Assembly (NCBI GenBank): GCA_965197745.1 | Contig: CBDANS010000007.1 | Span: 352,001-416,000 of the forward strand | Length of the DNA stretch: 64,000 bases | Reading direction: 5' to 3' | From: Opitutales bacterium | GTDB taxonomy: Bacteria; Verrucomicrobiota; Verrucomicrobiia; Opitutales; PNEW01 | Part shown: positions 49,219 to 59,147 of the stretch, one piece after another | Numbering within the stretch: position 1 is the first letter of the stretch | Layout: the number at the start of each line of letters is the position of its first letter | Notes under the pieces: model-generated | Database searches by the model: none | What the model was told of the DNA's origin: nothing | What the model saw: only the letters and a program-made list of their open reading frames with translations | Position numbers and translations under genes: made by a program

Positions 49219-51447
49219 TTGCCAGGAATGATCCCTTTTGCCTCCTTTACTTTTTGCTTCCGAGTAATCGTCCTCTTATGCCTCTTACTGGCTTTAAGGG
49301 GTCCTGTCTTTTCGGAAGATTCCGCGAGCGATCAAAATGGAGTCCACCCGATTGAAGAAAACCAATTGGGGGAAGGTGATTACAGGGTCACTATGATTCG
49401 CACCGAGACCCCTCCGACCATCGATGGGTATGTTGATGAAGCGAGCTGGGCCACTGCACCGGTCATTTCCAATTTTACCCAGGTTCAACCCGATGAAGGT
49501 TCACCCCCAAGCGAAAAGACAGAAGTCCTGCTCCTTTACAGCTCAGATTATATCTATGTGGGTATTCGCGCCTTCGATTCAGAGCCGGATGAAATAACAG
49601 CCCGGATAATGCAAAGGGATGGTTCGATGCGCTATGAAGACTCGGTGCGTATGACCTTCGATACTTTCCATGATTTCCGTAATGCTTATTATTTTGAAAT
49701 TAACGCATTGGGCGCTTTGAGAGACGCGCTTATCCGGTCCGGCAAATTTCCTAACTATAATTGGGACGGTATCTGGGATGGCAAGGCGGTCATGGACGAA
49801 AACGGTTGGTCCGCAGAACTGGTCATTCCGACAAAAACACTTTCCTTCGATCCCCGGGGAAAAAACTGGGGGTTCAATGTCGAAAGGTCCATCCAGCGCA
49901 AAAGAGAGCGGGTCCGCTGGTCGGCCCCCTATCGCAACAACTCGATTAATGAGTTGGGAAGCTCAGGGGTCTTGACCGATATCACGGGTCTGCAACAAGG
50001 CCTGGGTCTGGACTTTGTGCCATACGCGAACATGAAAGCCACGCGCGACCAGGTTTTGAACGACAGTTCATTCGAGTTCAAACCGGGATTCGACCTATTT
50101 TATAAATTCACCCCGGCGATTACCGCAGCGCTGACCGTGAATACTGATTTTGCCGAGGCCGAAGTAGACGACCGCCGCGTTAACCTGTCCCGATTTGAAC
50201 TCTTTTTTCCGGAAAAACGGAAATTTTTTCTTCAGGATGCCGAGATATTCAGATTTGCCGGTCTCAGTCGTTCACCGGTCCCTTTTTTCTCGCGGCGCAT
50301 TGGTCTGGATGCCGATAACCAGCCGATTGATATCCGCGGGGGGATTAAAGTGACGGGAAGGATGCGCCGGGTAAATTTTGGTATTCTCGATGTTCAGGTC
50401 GATGACACCAGCAGCATTGAATCAAAAAACCTGGCCGTGGCCCGTGCCACCGTAAACGTTCTAAAGGAATCACAAGTGGGAGTTATATATACCAATGGCG
50501 ATCCCCAAACCAATGATGACAACAGCCTGATCGGCGCGGACTTTACTTATCGGACCTCAAAATTATTGGGCGCTAATGATGTATTTGAGACCAATTTCTT
50601 TATTCAAAAATCTTCAACCACGGGATTTACAGATAATCAAGGTTCGATCGGTGGATCCGTGCGGTATCCGAATGACAAATTCGCAATGTGGTTATTTGTC
50701 GAGATGATGGACGAAAACTACAAACCCGCGCTGGGCTTTGTCAATGAGTCTGGAGTGAGGGATTATGATTTATTTTCCCGCTACCGCATACGGCCCGAAA
50801 AATTCGACAGTATCGATTTCAAAATTGACGCGCACTACCGCACCACCATCGATGGTGAAGTGGTGAGGTCCCGTTTTAACTTTCCAGATTTTAGAATTAC
50901 GAATAAAGCCAAAGATTATATTGACGTGAGCGGGCAATTTCACCGGGAACAGCTTTTTGAGCCATTCGAGATTGTTGATGGAGTCATCATCCCCGTCGGA
51001 GATTATAAATTCCGAAATGCCGAGATCAGAGTCAGGACCGCCAGGGAGAGGGCGTTGAGCGGGAATTTTACCCTGGGGGTGGGCGAATTTTATGACGGCG
51101 ATAGGTTGGAGCTCAGAAGCGAGATTGTCTGGAAACCATCCCCTTTATTCAACACCGAGTTTCTCTATGAGTATAACAATGTGGATTTACCGGTTGGAGA
51201 TTTTGATACCCATGTCGCACAGTTAAACCTGAATTTTAATTTTTCTCCAAAATTATTTTGGAACATCACTAATCAATATGACAATGTTTCCGACAGTTTT
51301 GGTATAAACAGCCGCATACGCTGGAATGTAAAGCCGGGCAATGACATTTACCTGGTTTTTAACCAGGAAGTAGATACTTTCGACGGGCGCTGGCAACCCA
51401 GCAAGAGACAACTCAATACAAAAATTAACTGGACCCTTCGATTTTAA
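49219..51447 (+). CDS. CBM9-like domain + DUF5916-like outer-membrane beta-barrel protein
   Basis: PTIDG..DE..W, FDTFHD, GWSAELVIP..TLSF, TVNTDFAEAEVD, FPEKRKFF, FFSRRIGL; terminal ...WTLRF. Confidence 0.87.
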   Translation: MPGMIPFASFTFCFRVIVLLCLLLALRGPVFSEDSASDQNGVHPIEENQLGEGDYRVTMIRTETPPTIDGYVDEASWATAPVISNFTQVQPDEGSPPSEKTEVLLLYSSDYIYVGIRAFDSEPDEITARIMQRDGSMRYEDSVRMTFDTFHDFRNAYYFEINALGALRDALIRSGKFPNYNWDGIWDGKAVMDENGWSAELVIPTKTLSFDPRGKNWGFNVERSIQRKRERVRWSAPYRNNSINELGSSGVLTDITGLQQGLGLDFVPYANMKATRDQVLNDSSFEFKPGFDLFYKFTPAITAALTVNTDFAEAEVDDRRVNLSRFELFFPEKRKFFLQDAEIFRFAGLSRSPVPFFSRRIGLDADNQPIDIRGGIKVTGRMRRVNFGILDVQVDDTSSIESKNLAVARATVNVLKESQVGVIYTNGDPQTNDDNSLIGADFTYRTSKLLGANDVFETNFFIQKSSTTGFTDNQGSIGGSVRYPNDKFAMWLFVEMMDENYKPALGFVNESGVRDYDLFSRYRIRPEKFDSIDFKIDAHYRTTIDGEVVRSRFNFPDFRITNKAKDYIDVSGQFHREQLFEPFEIVDGVIIPVGDYKFRNAEIRVRTARERALSGNFTLGVGEFYDGDRLELRSEIVWKPSPLFNTEFLYEYNNVDLPVGDFDTHVAQLNLNFNFSPKLFWNITNQYDNVSDSFGINSRIRWNVKPGNDIYLVFNQEVDTFDGRWQPSKRQLNTKINWTLRF

Positions 51448-51475
51448 ACCGGACCGCTTTTTACCTTCTGACTAA

Positions 51476-52222
51476 TTATCTCCTGGACCGGAGCTTGGCC
51501 AGCAGTCTGAGAATTTCGATATAGAGCCAGATGAGCGTTACCATTAAACCGAAGGCGGCATACCATTCCATGTACTTAGGCGCTCCCTGCGATGCCCCGT
51601 TTTCGATAAAATCGAAGTCCAGGACCAGGTTCATTGCGGCGACGACAACGACAAAGAGACTGAACCCGATGCCTATTAATCCACTGTCATGAATAAAGGG
51701 TATCCCGATGCCAACAAACCTGAGAATAAATGATAAAAAATATATTAAGGCGATTCCTCCCGTCGCGGCGACAACGCCAAGCTTGAAATTCTCTGTAACT
51801 TTAATGAGCCCTGACTTGTAGGCGGCCAGAAGGCCGAAAAGGGTACACATAGTTAATCCAATCGCCTGCACGACAATCCCCGGAAATTGCGCTTCAAAAA
51901 CGGCCGAAATACCGCCCACAAAAAACCCTTCAAGAACGGAATAGATCGGAGCGGTAAGAGGTGCCCATTGTTTTTTAAACACGGTGATGAGGGCTACAAT
52001 AAACCCTCCGATGGCTCCACCAATCATCCAGGGCAGCACTACCGCAGGGGTCCCAGTTGAATAAAACTGGTTCCATATCCAGACGGCGGGTAGGGTGAGA
52101 AAAAATAACATTAGCAATGTCTTATTGACCGTGCCCTGAATCGTCATCACTTGGTCACCGAGGGACTCTGATCCAATTCTATCGAAAGTTTTTGCGTTTA
52201 AAGCGGGATTCGCTGTTCTCAT
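51476..52222 (-). CDS. Bax inhibitor-1/YccA-like membrane protein
   Basis: MRTANPAL, MTIQGTVNKT, LVLDFDFIE, APKYMEWYAAFGL.VTLIWLYIEILRLL. Confidence 0.92.
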   Translation of the reverse strand: MRTANPALNAKTFDRIGSESLGDQVMTIQGTVNKTLLMLFFLTLPAVWIWNQFYSTGTPAVVLPWMIGGAIGGFIVALITVFKKQWAPLTAPIYSVLEGFFVGGISAVFEAQFPGIVVQAIGLTMCTLFGLLAAYKSGLIKVTENFKLGVVAATGGIALIYFLSFILRFVGIGIPFIHDSGLIGIGFSLFVVVVAAMNLVLDFDFIENGASQGAPKYMEWYAAFGLMVTLIWLYIEILRLLAKLRSRR

Positions 52223-52255
52223 TTTTTCAATCCTGGGTATGACATTATAACGGTT

Positions 52256-54091
52256 CTAGTTTTTAATTTCCTGTTTCAATGAAAAAGAGACACTCCCGAT
52301 TTTTTCTACCTCACCAATCCCTTTGATTTCACTGTTTTTTACGGCTTCTTCGGGTATGGTAATTCTTTCTGAAATTCTCCCAAGGGTGATCACATCACCG
52401 GGAAATAAGGTAATATATTGAGTTATATATTCAAGAACCTGGGGAGTCTTTGCAACATATTCGGCTGTCGAACCTTTAATCCTGCCAAAGTTTTCAACAT
52501 TTAATGACATACCTGAATTGTTAACCTCGGTACTGTTGAAATTTACCGGTTGATCTGATATTACGTTAAAGCCATCTGCCCATCTGCCATAAATGGGTGG
52601 TAATCCTGTCACGTCCGTTTCAGAACGCTCAGCCTTATAGCTAATAGCTTCTTTAAAAGATTCATCACACAGGGACACCAGGGGCGTGTACCCTAAAATA
52701 AAATCATCGCTCTCTTCCTCGCTGATATTAAACGCGATCTTTTTAATGACCAGGGCAAGTTCTATTCCTATTTTCAATGAAGTAGCCCTGGGAGGGATTT
52801 CTATATGAGAAGGGGAACTGCTTAGCGAGGACGCGGGCCCGTTTAAAAATCTTGGGCCATAGGAGGAATATAATTTTCCCTGTTTATCGACAAATTTTTT
52901 ATGATTTGCATATACCGTCCAGAAGTGCCGGACATTTTTTATCGCCCAGTTTTCAAGCAAATTAATTCCATCACCCTCATTTTTTATAACGTCTCTTACC
53001 GCGGGCGATGAATGGATCAGGGTGTCATCATTCTTTTTGTCCCGCCAATCATCATGGTCGATAACCACTACGCGATTTTTCAGTGACCCAATTTTTTCTA
53101 TTTCCGCCTCGATGTAATCGTGGGGACCAAAATTGACATCGCGCAGGCCATCTATTCCCATCGTACCGAGGTGCATGACGTCTCCCGGATAGATAGTGGC
53201 GAAGGATGAATACCAAACAACAACTCTTTCTATCCCCTCGAGCAAATTGCCGGTATAAGCTCTATCTCTTAATATCCCGGATTTTCTGGTATAGACCAGT
53301 AAATCATATGGATCTTCAATTTCGTCTTTGGTTACAAGATACGGACCCATCGGGCACCCCGTATCCGCCTTTTTTCCACACCATGAGGCGGTAGCGCGTA
53401 ATAAAAAGTCCGCGTCCTGGGGAAGTTTGTGTCCGATATTCTCTTTGTTAATGGTATTAAAGTAACAACCACCTGCAATATCATTTACCGAGGTATAGCC
53501 CGCGACATAATTCATCGCTTCAGGACCTTGGATATACCGACCTTTTTTTCCAATAATGATTCCGAATTCAACGTTGTAACCCCAGTCCGTCCCATTCTTT
53601 GGAATGATTACCGGTTCATCAGGTCCGACGACTGTTCCCTGGCACCGTTGGTGACCGAGGGGATAGAAATTCGCAACCTGTAATTTAGGATTACCACTAA
53701 TAAATCTGGGGCTGTTTCTAACCAGCTCGAAATATAACCGCGGTCTTGGTATCGGTGCTTTGACTTTCACCGACTTCACCGGATGTCCAATCCCCGCAGG
53801 GACCTTCGGTTCAGATTGATTTAAACATTTTTTGACCGCTTCTTCTAAAAGGCGCAATGCATGTATCCCGTCTTCTTCCAGGGCCAAAAACGAAACCATA
53901 TCCCGGGGCCATCCGTTTGTCATAATGGATTCCAGCTCCTTCAATATAAGTTGAGATTGGGGATTATTTATTGAAACTAAATATTCCTGGAATATTTAGG
54001 GTTCAAAAACCCAATCTTCATTATAAACCGGGTGAGATAGGACCATACCCCATCGTTCGGTGTTATTAATTTCAAAAGTTGATAAACGCAT
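52256..54091 (-). pseudogene. Tandem two-domain fumarylacetoacetate hydrolase (FAH) family protein with an in-frame TAA at codon 32
   Basis: ATG 54091 MRLSTFEIN..ERWG...FEP*(53996-53998)IFQ... continues in frame into the 562-aa ORF. FAH motifs (EFGIIIGK, AGYTSVND, K..DT.CPMGP, PGDV) occur twice. Confidence 0.8.
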
Positions 54092-54314
54092 ATATTCTTT
54101 AATGCCTGGTGGGGAGGGAAATAGACAGGTTAATTTTCGATCTGCTTCGGGTCAGTAATCCCCGGGGATGTAGGAGCAAAGCAAATCAATTAAATTTACA
54201 TGGCCAACTTCTACTTCCGGAGAATGAAAATGCAATAAGGTAAATATGATTGTCGCTAATCTTTTAATTTACCCGGCTGGCCCTTTTTCGGGGGCACATT
54301 ATCAATGACCGTGA

Positions 54315-54680
54315 TTATATGAGCAATGAATTAACAGCGGTTGTTAATTCCTCTAATGAGAATGGTTTCACGATCGAACAGTCTGCGCCCAAACCTTTGG
54401 CTGCCTCCAGGTACCTTTCAGGCCCCAGGAGTCCGCCCCCTGAGATGGCAATGATTTTCACTTCAGGGTTCTGCTTTTTAGCATGAATCATTACTTCGAA
54501 ACCATTCATGTCCTCCATTATAATATCTGTAATAATAAGATCAGGTTTTAATTCCTGGAGAATGTTCTTCGCTTCAAGACCACCCGGAGCTACGAACACT
54601 TTATGCTGTTCTTCTTCTAACGCGTACAACAATAAAGAACGGTAACTCTCATCATCTTCAACAATAAGAATGGTATTCAT
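54315..54680 (-). CDS. Single-domain CheY-like response regulator
   Basis: ILIVEDD, LIITDIIM, ISGGG, KPF; paralogue of 21867-22235. Confidence 0.92.
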   Translation of the reverse strand: MNTILIVEDDESYRSLLLYALEEEQHKVFVAPGGLEAKNILQELKPDLIITDIIMEDMNGFEVMIHAKKQNPEVKIIAISGGGLLGPERYLEAAKGLGADCSIVKPFSLEELTTAVNSLLI

Positions 54681-54747
54681 AAGGCGGGTTGAAGTTCAGC
54701 AATTTATTAAATCGAATACTTGATAATGACGTGACAGAGTGGTCGGG

Positions 54748-55705
54748 TTACACAAACTGGTCCACCGGGAGAGTTAGTCTGGAGAGGTTAATGTTGAAGT
54801 TAAGTTGGTAGAGGAAGTCAAGGCTTGGGCGCAATGAGGGCGTAGCCCGAATGGAGCCCGAGCCTTCGGTATTGAGGTTTTCAGTGAAGTGCCGTGGAGT
54901 GATGTTGCCGAGGCTGCGGTGGGGTCGGACATGATTGTAAAGCCAGCGCCAATCTTCGATGACCACGCGGGCTTCGGTCAAAGTCCATAACTGTTCACGG
55001 TTTAAACACTCCTCGCGAAAACGGGCATGGAACGATTCAATGTATCCGTTCTGCCAAGGGCTTGCTGGTTCGATATAGAGGGTTTTGATTTTCATCGCAG
55101 TTAGCCAGGCTCTCAATTGGCTTTCAATAAACTCGGAACCGTTGTCGCTACGAATATATTTTGGCGGCCCATGCCGGTCGAGCAGTTTTTGCATGATACC
55201 GCGCACCGTTTCCGCATTGATATGGCGATCAACATGGATCACCCGGCACTCGCGGGTGTACTCATCGAGCACGGTCAGCATTTTTAGACTGCCGCCGCGA
55301 ACCGTCTTATCGTGGATAAAATCCCAGGTCCAAACATGGTCGGGATGTTCGGCCTTTGTCGGTAGCCCGGTGCAGACACCCCTGCGCCGGCGTCTTGGCT
55401 TGCGTGGGGGGATCGCCAGACCCAGTTCACGTCGCAGACCTTGCACGAGACGTTTACCCACCTGCCAGCCTTCGTCCTTCAACAGCTTCGTGATCTTGGG
55501 ATAGCCCCACCTCGCGTATTGCCGTGATAACCGCCTTACTGCCGCTTTTAGTTTCGTTAGCCAGGCATCCGGATGCTTGGCCCTATACGCATAGGTGGAA
55601 CGGTGCAGCCGAAAGTACCGGCACCCCGCTCGCATCGAACACTGGCCCCGAGTCACAAGTCTCTCTGCCACTTGCCGCTTGTGCCCAGGGCTTACAGTTT
55701 TTTTT
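54748..55705 (-). CDS. IS3 transposase OrfB (DDE integrase core), reached by a -1 frameshift
   Basis: WTWDF, LDEYTRE, IRSDNGSEF, PWQNGYIESF, YNHVRPH; slippery GAA-AAA-AAA-CTG at 55698-55705. Confidence 0.93.
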
Positions 55706-55958
55706 CGAGGGTCTCCTGCAGGATCTCTATCCCCAGCATCTTGTCCGCCAGCATCCGTTTTAACCGCGCGTTCTCCTTCTCGAGCTCCTTCATCCGCTTG
55801 GCCTGGTTGACATCAATCATCCCAAACTCACGTTTCCAGCGGTGGAAGGTCTGTTCGCTTATGTTGTTCTCGCGGCATGCTTCCAGGATCGTTTTCCCTT
55901 TGTCCGCCTGGCGCAGCATCCGTATTTTCTCTTCGGTCGTGTATCTTTTGCCTTTCAT
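55692..55958 (-). CDS. IS3 transposase OrfA (HTH)
   Basis: KRYTTEEKIRML...CRE.NISEQTFHRWKR...LEKENARLKRMLA. Confidence 0.95.
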   Translation of the reverse strand: MKGKRYTTEEKIRMLRQADKGKTILEACRENNISEQTFHRWKREFGMIDVNQAKRMKELEKENARLKRMLADKMLGIEILQETLEKKL

Positions 55959-56533
55959 TGTCTGTGTCCTTTCTAGTTGGACCAGACTAACTTTTCAAGT
56001 GGACCAGTTTTCGTGGTCACGACCAAGAGTTACCCAATAGTTCGAAGGATAATTCCAAATAATTTTTCGTAGACGAGGTAAATGAGGTTTCCTTTTTGAA
56101 TTCGGGTTTGTAAGTAACTGAATTTATTGACCTGGCATACTGTCTCAAGAAACTGTCCATGACCTTGCTCCAATATCGTTAGTAGCTCTAATAATTTCAA
56201 TCTATTCCCAAGCAAAAATTTTCTAATAGTAATAATATCAGTAACTTATAAAGCATAAACCGAACCAAACTTGTAAATCATAGGCGAATTACCTTACTTA
56301 GTTAGTTATTATACATATTTACTATATTTGTGTGTAAAATTATACAGACTTTGCCTCTGGAATCAAATTCAGAGGGATTTTAAACAAACATATAAGGTGC
56401 ATACTTCATAATATAATAATTAATATTTATTATGAAAGAATCCATGGGATAGCCCGAACTATTTTATTGGCTAAAGACGATGACACCATATGACATAAGT
56501 TGAGAGTCAGTGTTTGAAGAACAGAATTAAATC

Positions 56534-57528
56534 ATGCCTAAACGTATCATTATCTGCTGTGACGGCACCTGGAATACTCCTGAACCAAAATACGTAACAA
56601 ACGTTACAAAAATTGCCCGTGCCATTGAGCCTACAGACGAAATAGGAAATGAACAGGTTGTTTTTTATGACTGGGGTGTCGGCACCGAAAATAAAATTGA
56701 CGCAATGAGGGGGGGTGCGTTTGGCAAGGGAATCGATAAAAATATACAGGATGCGTATAGATTTCTTGTTCACAATTACTCACCCCGAGATGAACTTTTC
56801 TTCATCGGATTCAGCAGAGGCGCCTATACGGTCAGAAGTGTGATCGGAATGATACGGAACTGTTGGATTTTAAAAAAGTCTAACGCGGCCTTAATACCCA
56901 AAGCCTATGCCATATACCGATCGCGTTCTGGTCCGGATGATAAAGCAGCGCAGAAATTTCGATTAAAATATGCGAGGAAAGCCAATATACATTTTTTAGG
57001 AGTTTGGGACACCGTCGGTGCGTTAGGAATTCCTCTTGGACTCTTTCGTAAATCAAACGAAAAAAAATACGGTTTTCATGATACCGTAATCAGTCGCATT
57101 GTTAAAAATGCTTATCATGCATTGGCCATTGATGAAAAAAGGAAGCCCTTTACTCCGACCATCTGGAAAACAAAAATAAGGCGGAAAAATACAGAACAGG
57201 TATGGTTTGCCGGTGTGCATAGTGACATCGGCGGCGGCTATAAAGAAGCGGGGTTATCTTTTCACACCCTGAAATGGATGCTTGGTAAAGCCGGGCAGTG
57301 CGATCTCTCGATAAAAAATTCGTATATTAATTCTATTCTTAGAGAGAGATCGCCGGATAAATTACATAATTCTTTTTCAATACTGTATAAATTTTTGGGG
57401 CCATACATCAGAAAATAGGGATCACAAATAATGATGAATCGCTGCATCCTTCGGTTCTCAAACGGTATCGCAGCAACAAAAACTACAGGTCAGCCAACTT
57501 GAGAAATTATATTAATTCCCATTCATAG
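56534..57528 (+). CDS. DUF2235 (Tle1-like) alpha/beta hydrolase; apparent 1-bp frameshift at ~57412-57415
   Basis: IIICCDGTWN, TNV, GVGT, GFSRGAYTVRS, GVWDTVG, HALAIDE, VWFAGVHSDIGGG. The -1 frame continues IGITNNDESLHPSVLKRY...YRSANL, the usual family tail. Confidence 0.87.
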
Positions 57529-57541
57529 TATTGCAAGCGAC

Positions 57542-57619
57542 ACCGAACCCCTCGAGTCCACGGAGCACCGTCGCTCCCGCCAGACCATGCTCCCGCGCCT
57601 TTTTAACAATCCACTCGAA
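57542..57619 (-). pseudogene. DUF190 (PII-like) gene fragment
   Basis: FEWIVKKAREHGLAGATVLRGLEGFG is the DUF190 signature; the flanking sequence is unrelated. Confidence 0.75.
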
Positions 57620-57719
57620 ATGTGGCAGCCAGGTGATTACGAATAAATTTAAATGGTGTTGCAATAATGACGAGTGACCAGGGGGTAAATCCTTCCCTCC
57701 CATTAAATAAATCTTACAG

Positions 57720-58895
57720 CTATTCTTTCGAAGGGAATAAAAAAACCCCTTGGATGCCGCAGATCTTTTTGGCTTCGTATTGGGGATGATTCCTCGGTAC
57801 TACCTGTTCCCCTTTATCGGTGCTGAATGCCATGAATGATTTTCCGTCGAGATTGACGGAACTGGAGTAGCCGCCGTCAGTATCGTAATCCTGGATTATC
57901 TGACGCGGTGACCAGGTCATGCCCTGATCCAACGAAGTGTGCATGATCATGTCCTGGGCGGGGGTAAATCTTCCGTGCAGGACCAGGGTCTTGCCAACCC
58001 AGTGAAGGACGGGGCAGCGGACCGATATTTCCTCGACAAGCCGTACAGGTCCCCAGCTCTTTCCATCGTCAATACTCACCCGTGTATAATTCCTCTCTTC
58101 CCCGTCGGGCATGTAAGCCAGGGCCAGAACATAAATGCTGCCATCGGGGAGAAAAGTAATGGTTGGATACCGCATTACCGCGGTATATACATCGGGTTCC
58201 CATTCTCTTGGAGCGATTGGTGAAGGAAAAACAGCGCTGCGCCTTTGCCATGTCTCACCATTATCTTCACTGGTGTGTAATAATACACCCGCATAAAAGC
58301 TGGGTGAGACGAAATAGAGGGTCCCGTTGCGGGTGAGGATATTAGAAGTGGATCCTTCGATGTAATGGGGATGTTCCGGATCGACGTAGCCCTTGTATAC
58401 ATAGGTCTTACCATGATCGTCACTGATGAGGTAAACACACCCTGCAAACTGTTCTCCCCCCAGCACCAGGTTTTTAGCTTCAGCTTCGAGGATTAGCTCC
58501 GGGTTTGTGGTTTGAACCAATAGCACCAGTTTCCCGTCCGGTGTTCGCGCAAAGGTAGATCCATAAGCGCTTTCGCCAAGATGTCTTTCACTATGTTCGT
58601 AGATAACGCCTTCATATTTCCATGAGGCACCGCCATCCGTGCTGCGCGCTTGCACAATATTTCCTACACCATGCACGCGTCCCTGGCCGCTTGCGACCAG
58701 GAGATCTCCGTTAGCGGCTACGATCGTTGTCGGCCCATGAAAATAAGTATCAGGATTACCGAAGGTGTGTGGAATTATATCAAAGGGGGTACCGACTATT
58801 GGTGTGGCCGCAATAAATTGCAGTTTCAGGCCCCCCATAAAAACAAATAAGGTGAGGCCCATAAAAGCGACGAATAATAAGCGTTTTTTATTCAT
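57720..58895 (-). CDS. BNR/Asp-box (sialidase-like) secreted protein
   Basis: STDGGASW, SDDHGKTY, SEDNGETW, SIDDGKSW, SLDQGMTW, DGGYSS. Confidence 0.85.
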   Translation of the reverse strand: MNKKRLLFVAFMGLTLFVFMGGLKLQFIAATPIVGTPFDIIPHTFGNPDTYFHGPTTIVAANGDLLVASGQGRVHGVGNIVQARSTDGGASWKYEGVIYEHSERHLGESAYGSTFARTPDGKLVLLVQTTNPELILEAEAKNLVLGGEQFAGCVYLISDDHGKTYVYKGYVDPEHPHYIEGSTSNILTRNGTLYFVSPSFYAGVLLHTSEDNGETWQRRSAVFPSPIAPREWEPDVYTAVMRYPTITFLPDGSIYVLALAYMPDGEERNYTRVSIDDGKSWGPVRLVEEISVRCPVLHWVGKTLVLHGRFTPAQDMIMHTSLDQGMTWSPRQIIQDYDTDGGYSSSVNLDGKSFMAFSTDKGEQVVPRNHPQYEAKKICGIQGVFLFPSKE

Positions 58896-58986
58896 GACTT
58901 AGAAAAGTTTGCTACGACCATACCTCTCGTTTGAGTAGTAATAAGCCAGGTAATATACGAGCTTACATATAGCGTATAATTATGAA

Positions 58987-59041
58987 GTCAGTCCAATCTT
59001 TTTAATGATATATATTAAATATCAAGGAAGATTGGACTGAC
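58987..59041. repeat. REP-like hairpin with 14-bp perfect arms
   Basis: GTCAGTCCAATCTT-N27-AAGATTGGACTGAC; degenerate relative at 63758-63812. Confidence 0.7.
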
Positions 59042-59147
59042 CCCTTACCTGTATTTCAACAGGTATTATGTCCCAGAGGGATGGAACTGTTATTTTTTAC
59101 AATGACAATTGCTGTTCTCGATCACCTGTATCGGGTGACTCATAAAT

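Larger units (their letters stand above)
54740..56025 (-). mobile_element. Intact IS3-family insertion sequence (IS407-like group), 1286 bp
   Basis: TG...CA ends; ~43-bp imperfect IRs (TGGTCG...AAACTGGTCCAC...AGTTAGTCTGG); 4-bp TSD AGAG (54736-54739 and 56026-56029); orfA/orfB with an A8 slippery tract; higher GC than the flanks. Confidence 0.95.

Noticed and set aside
53996..53998. Selenocysteine/pyrrolysine or alternative genetic code
   Set aside because: The codon is TAA, which terminates many other genes in the window.
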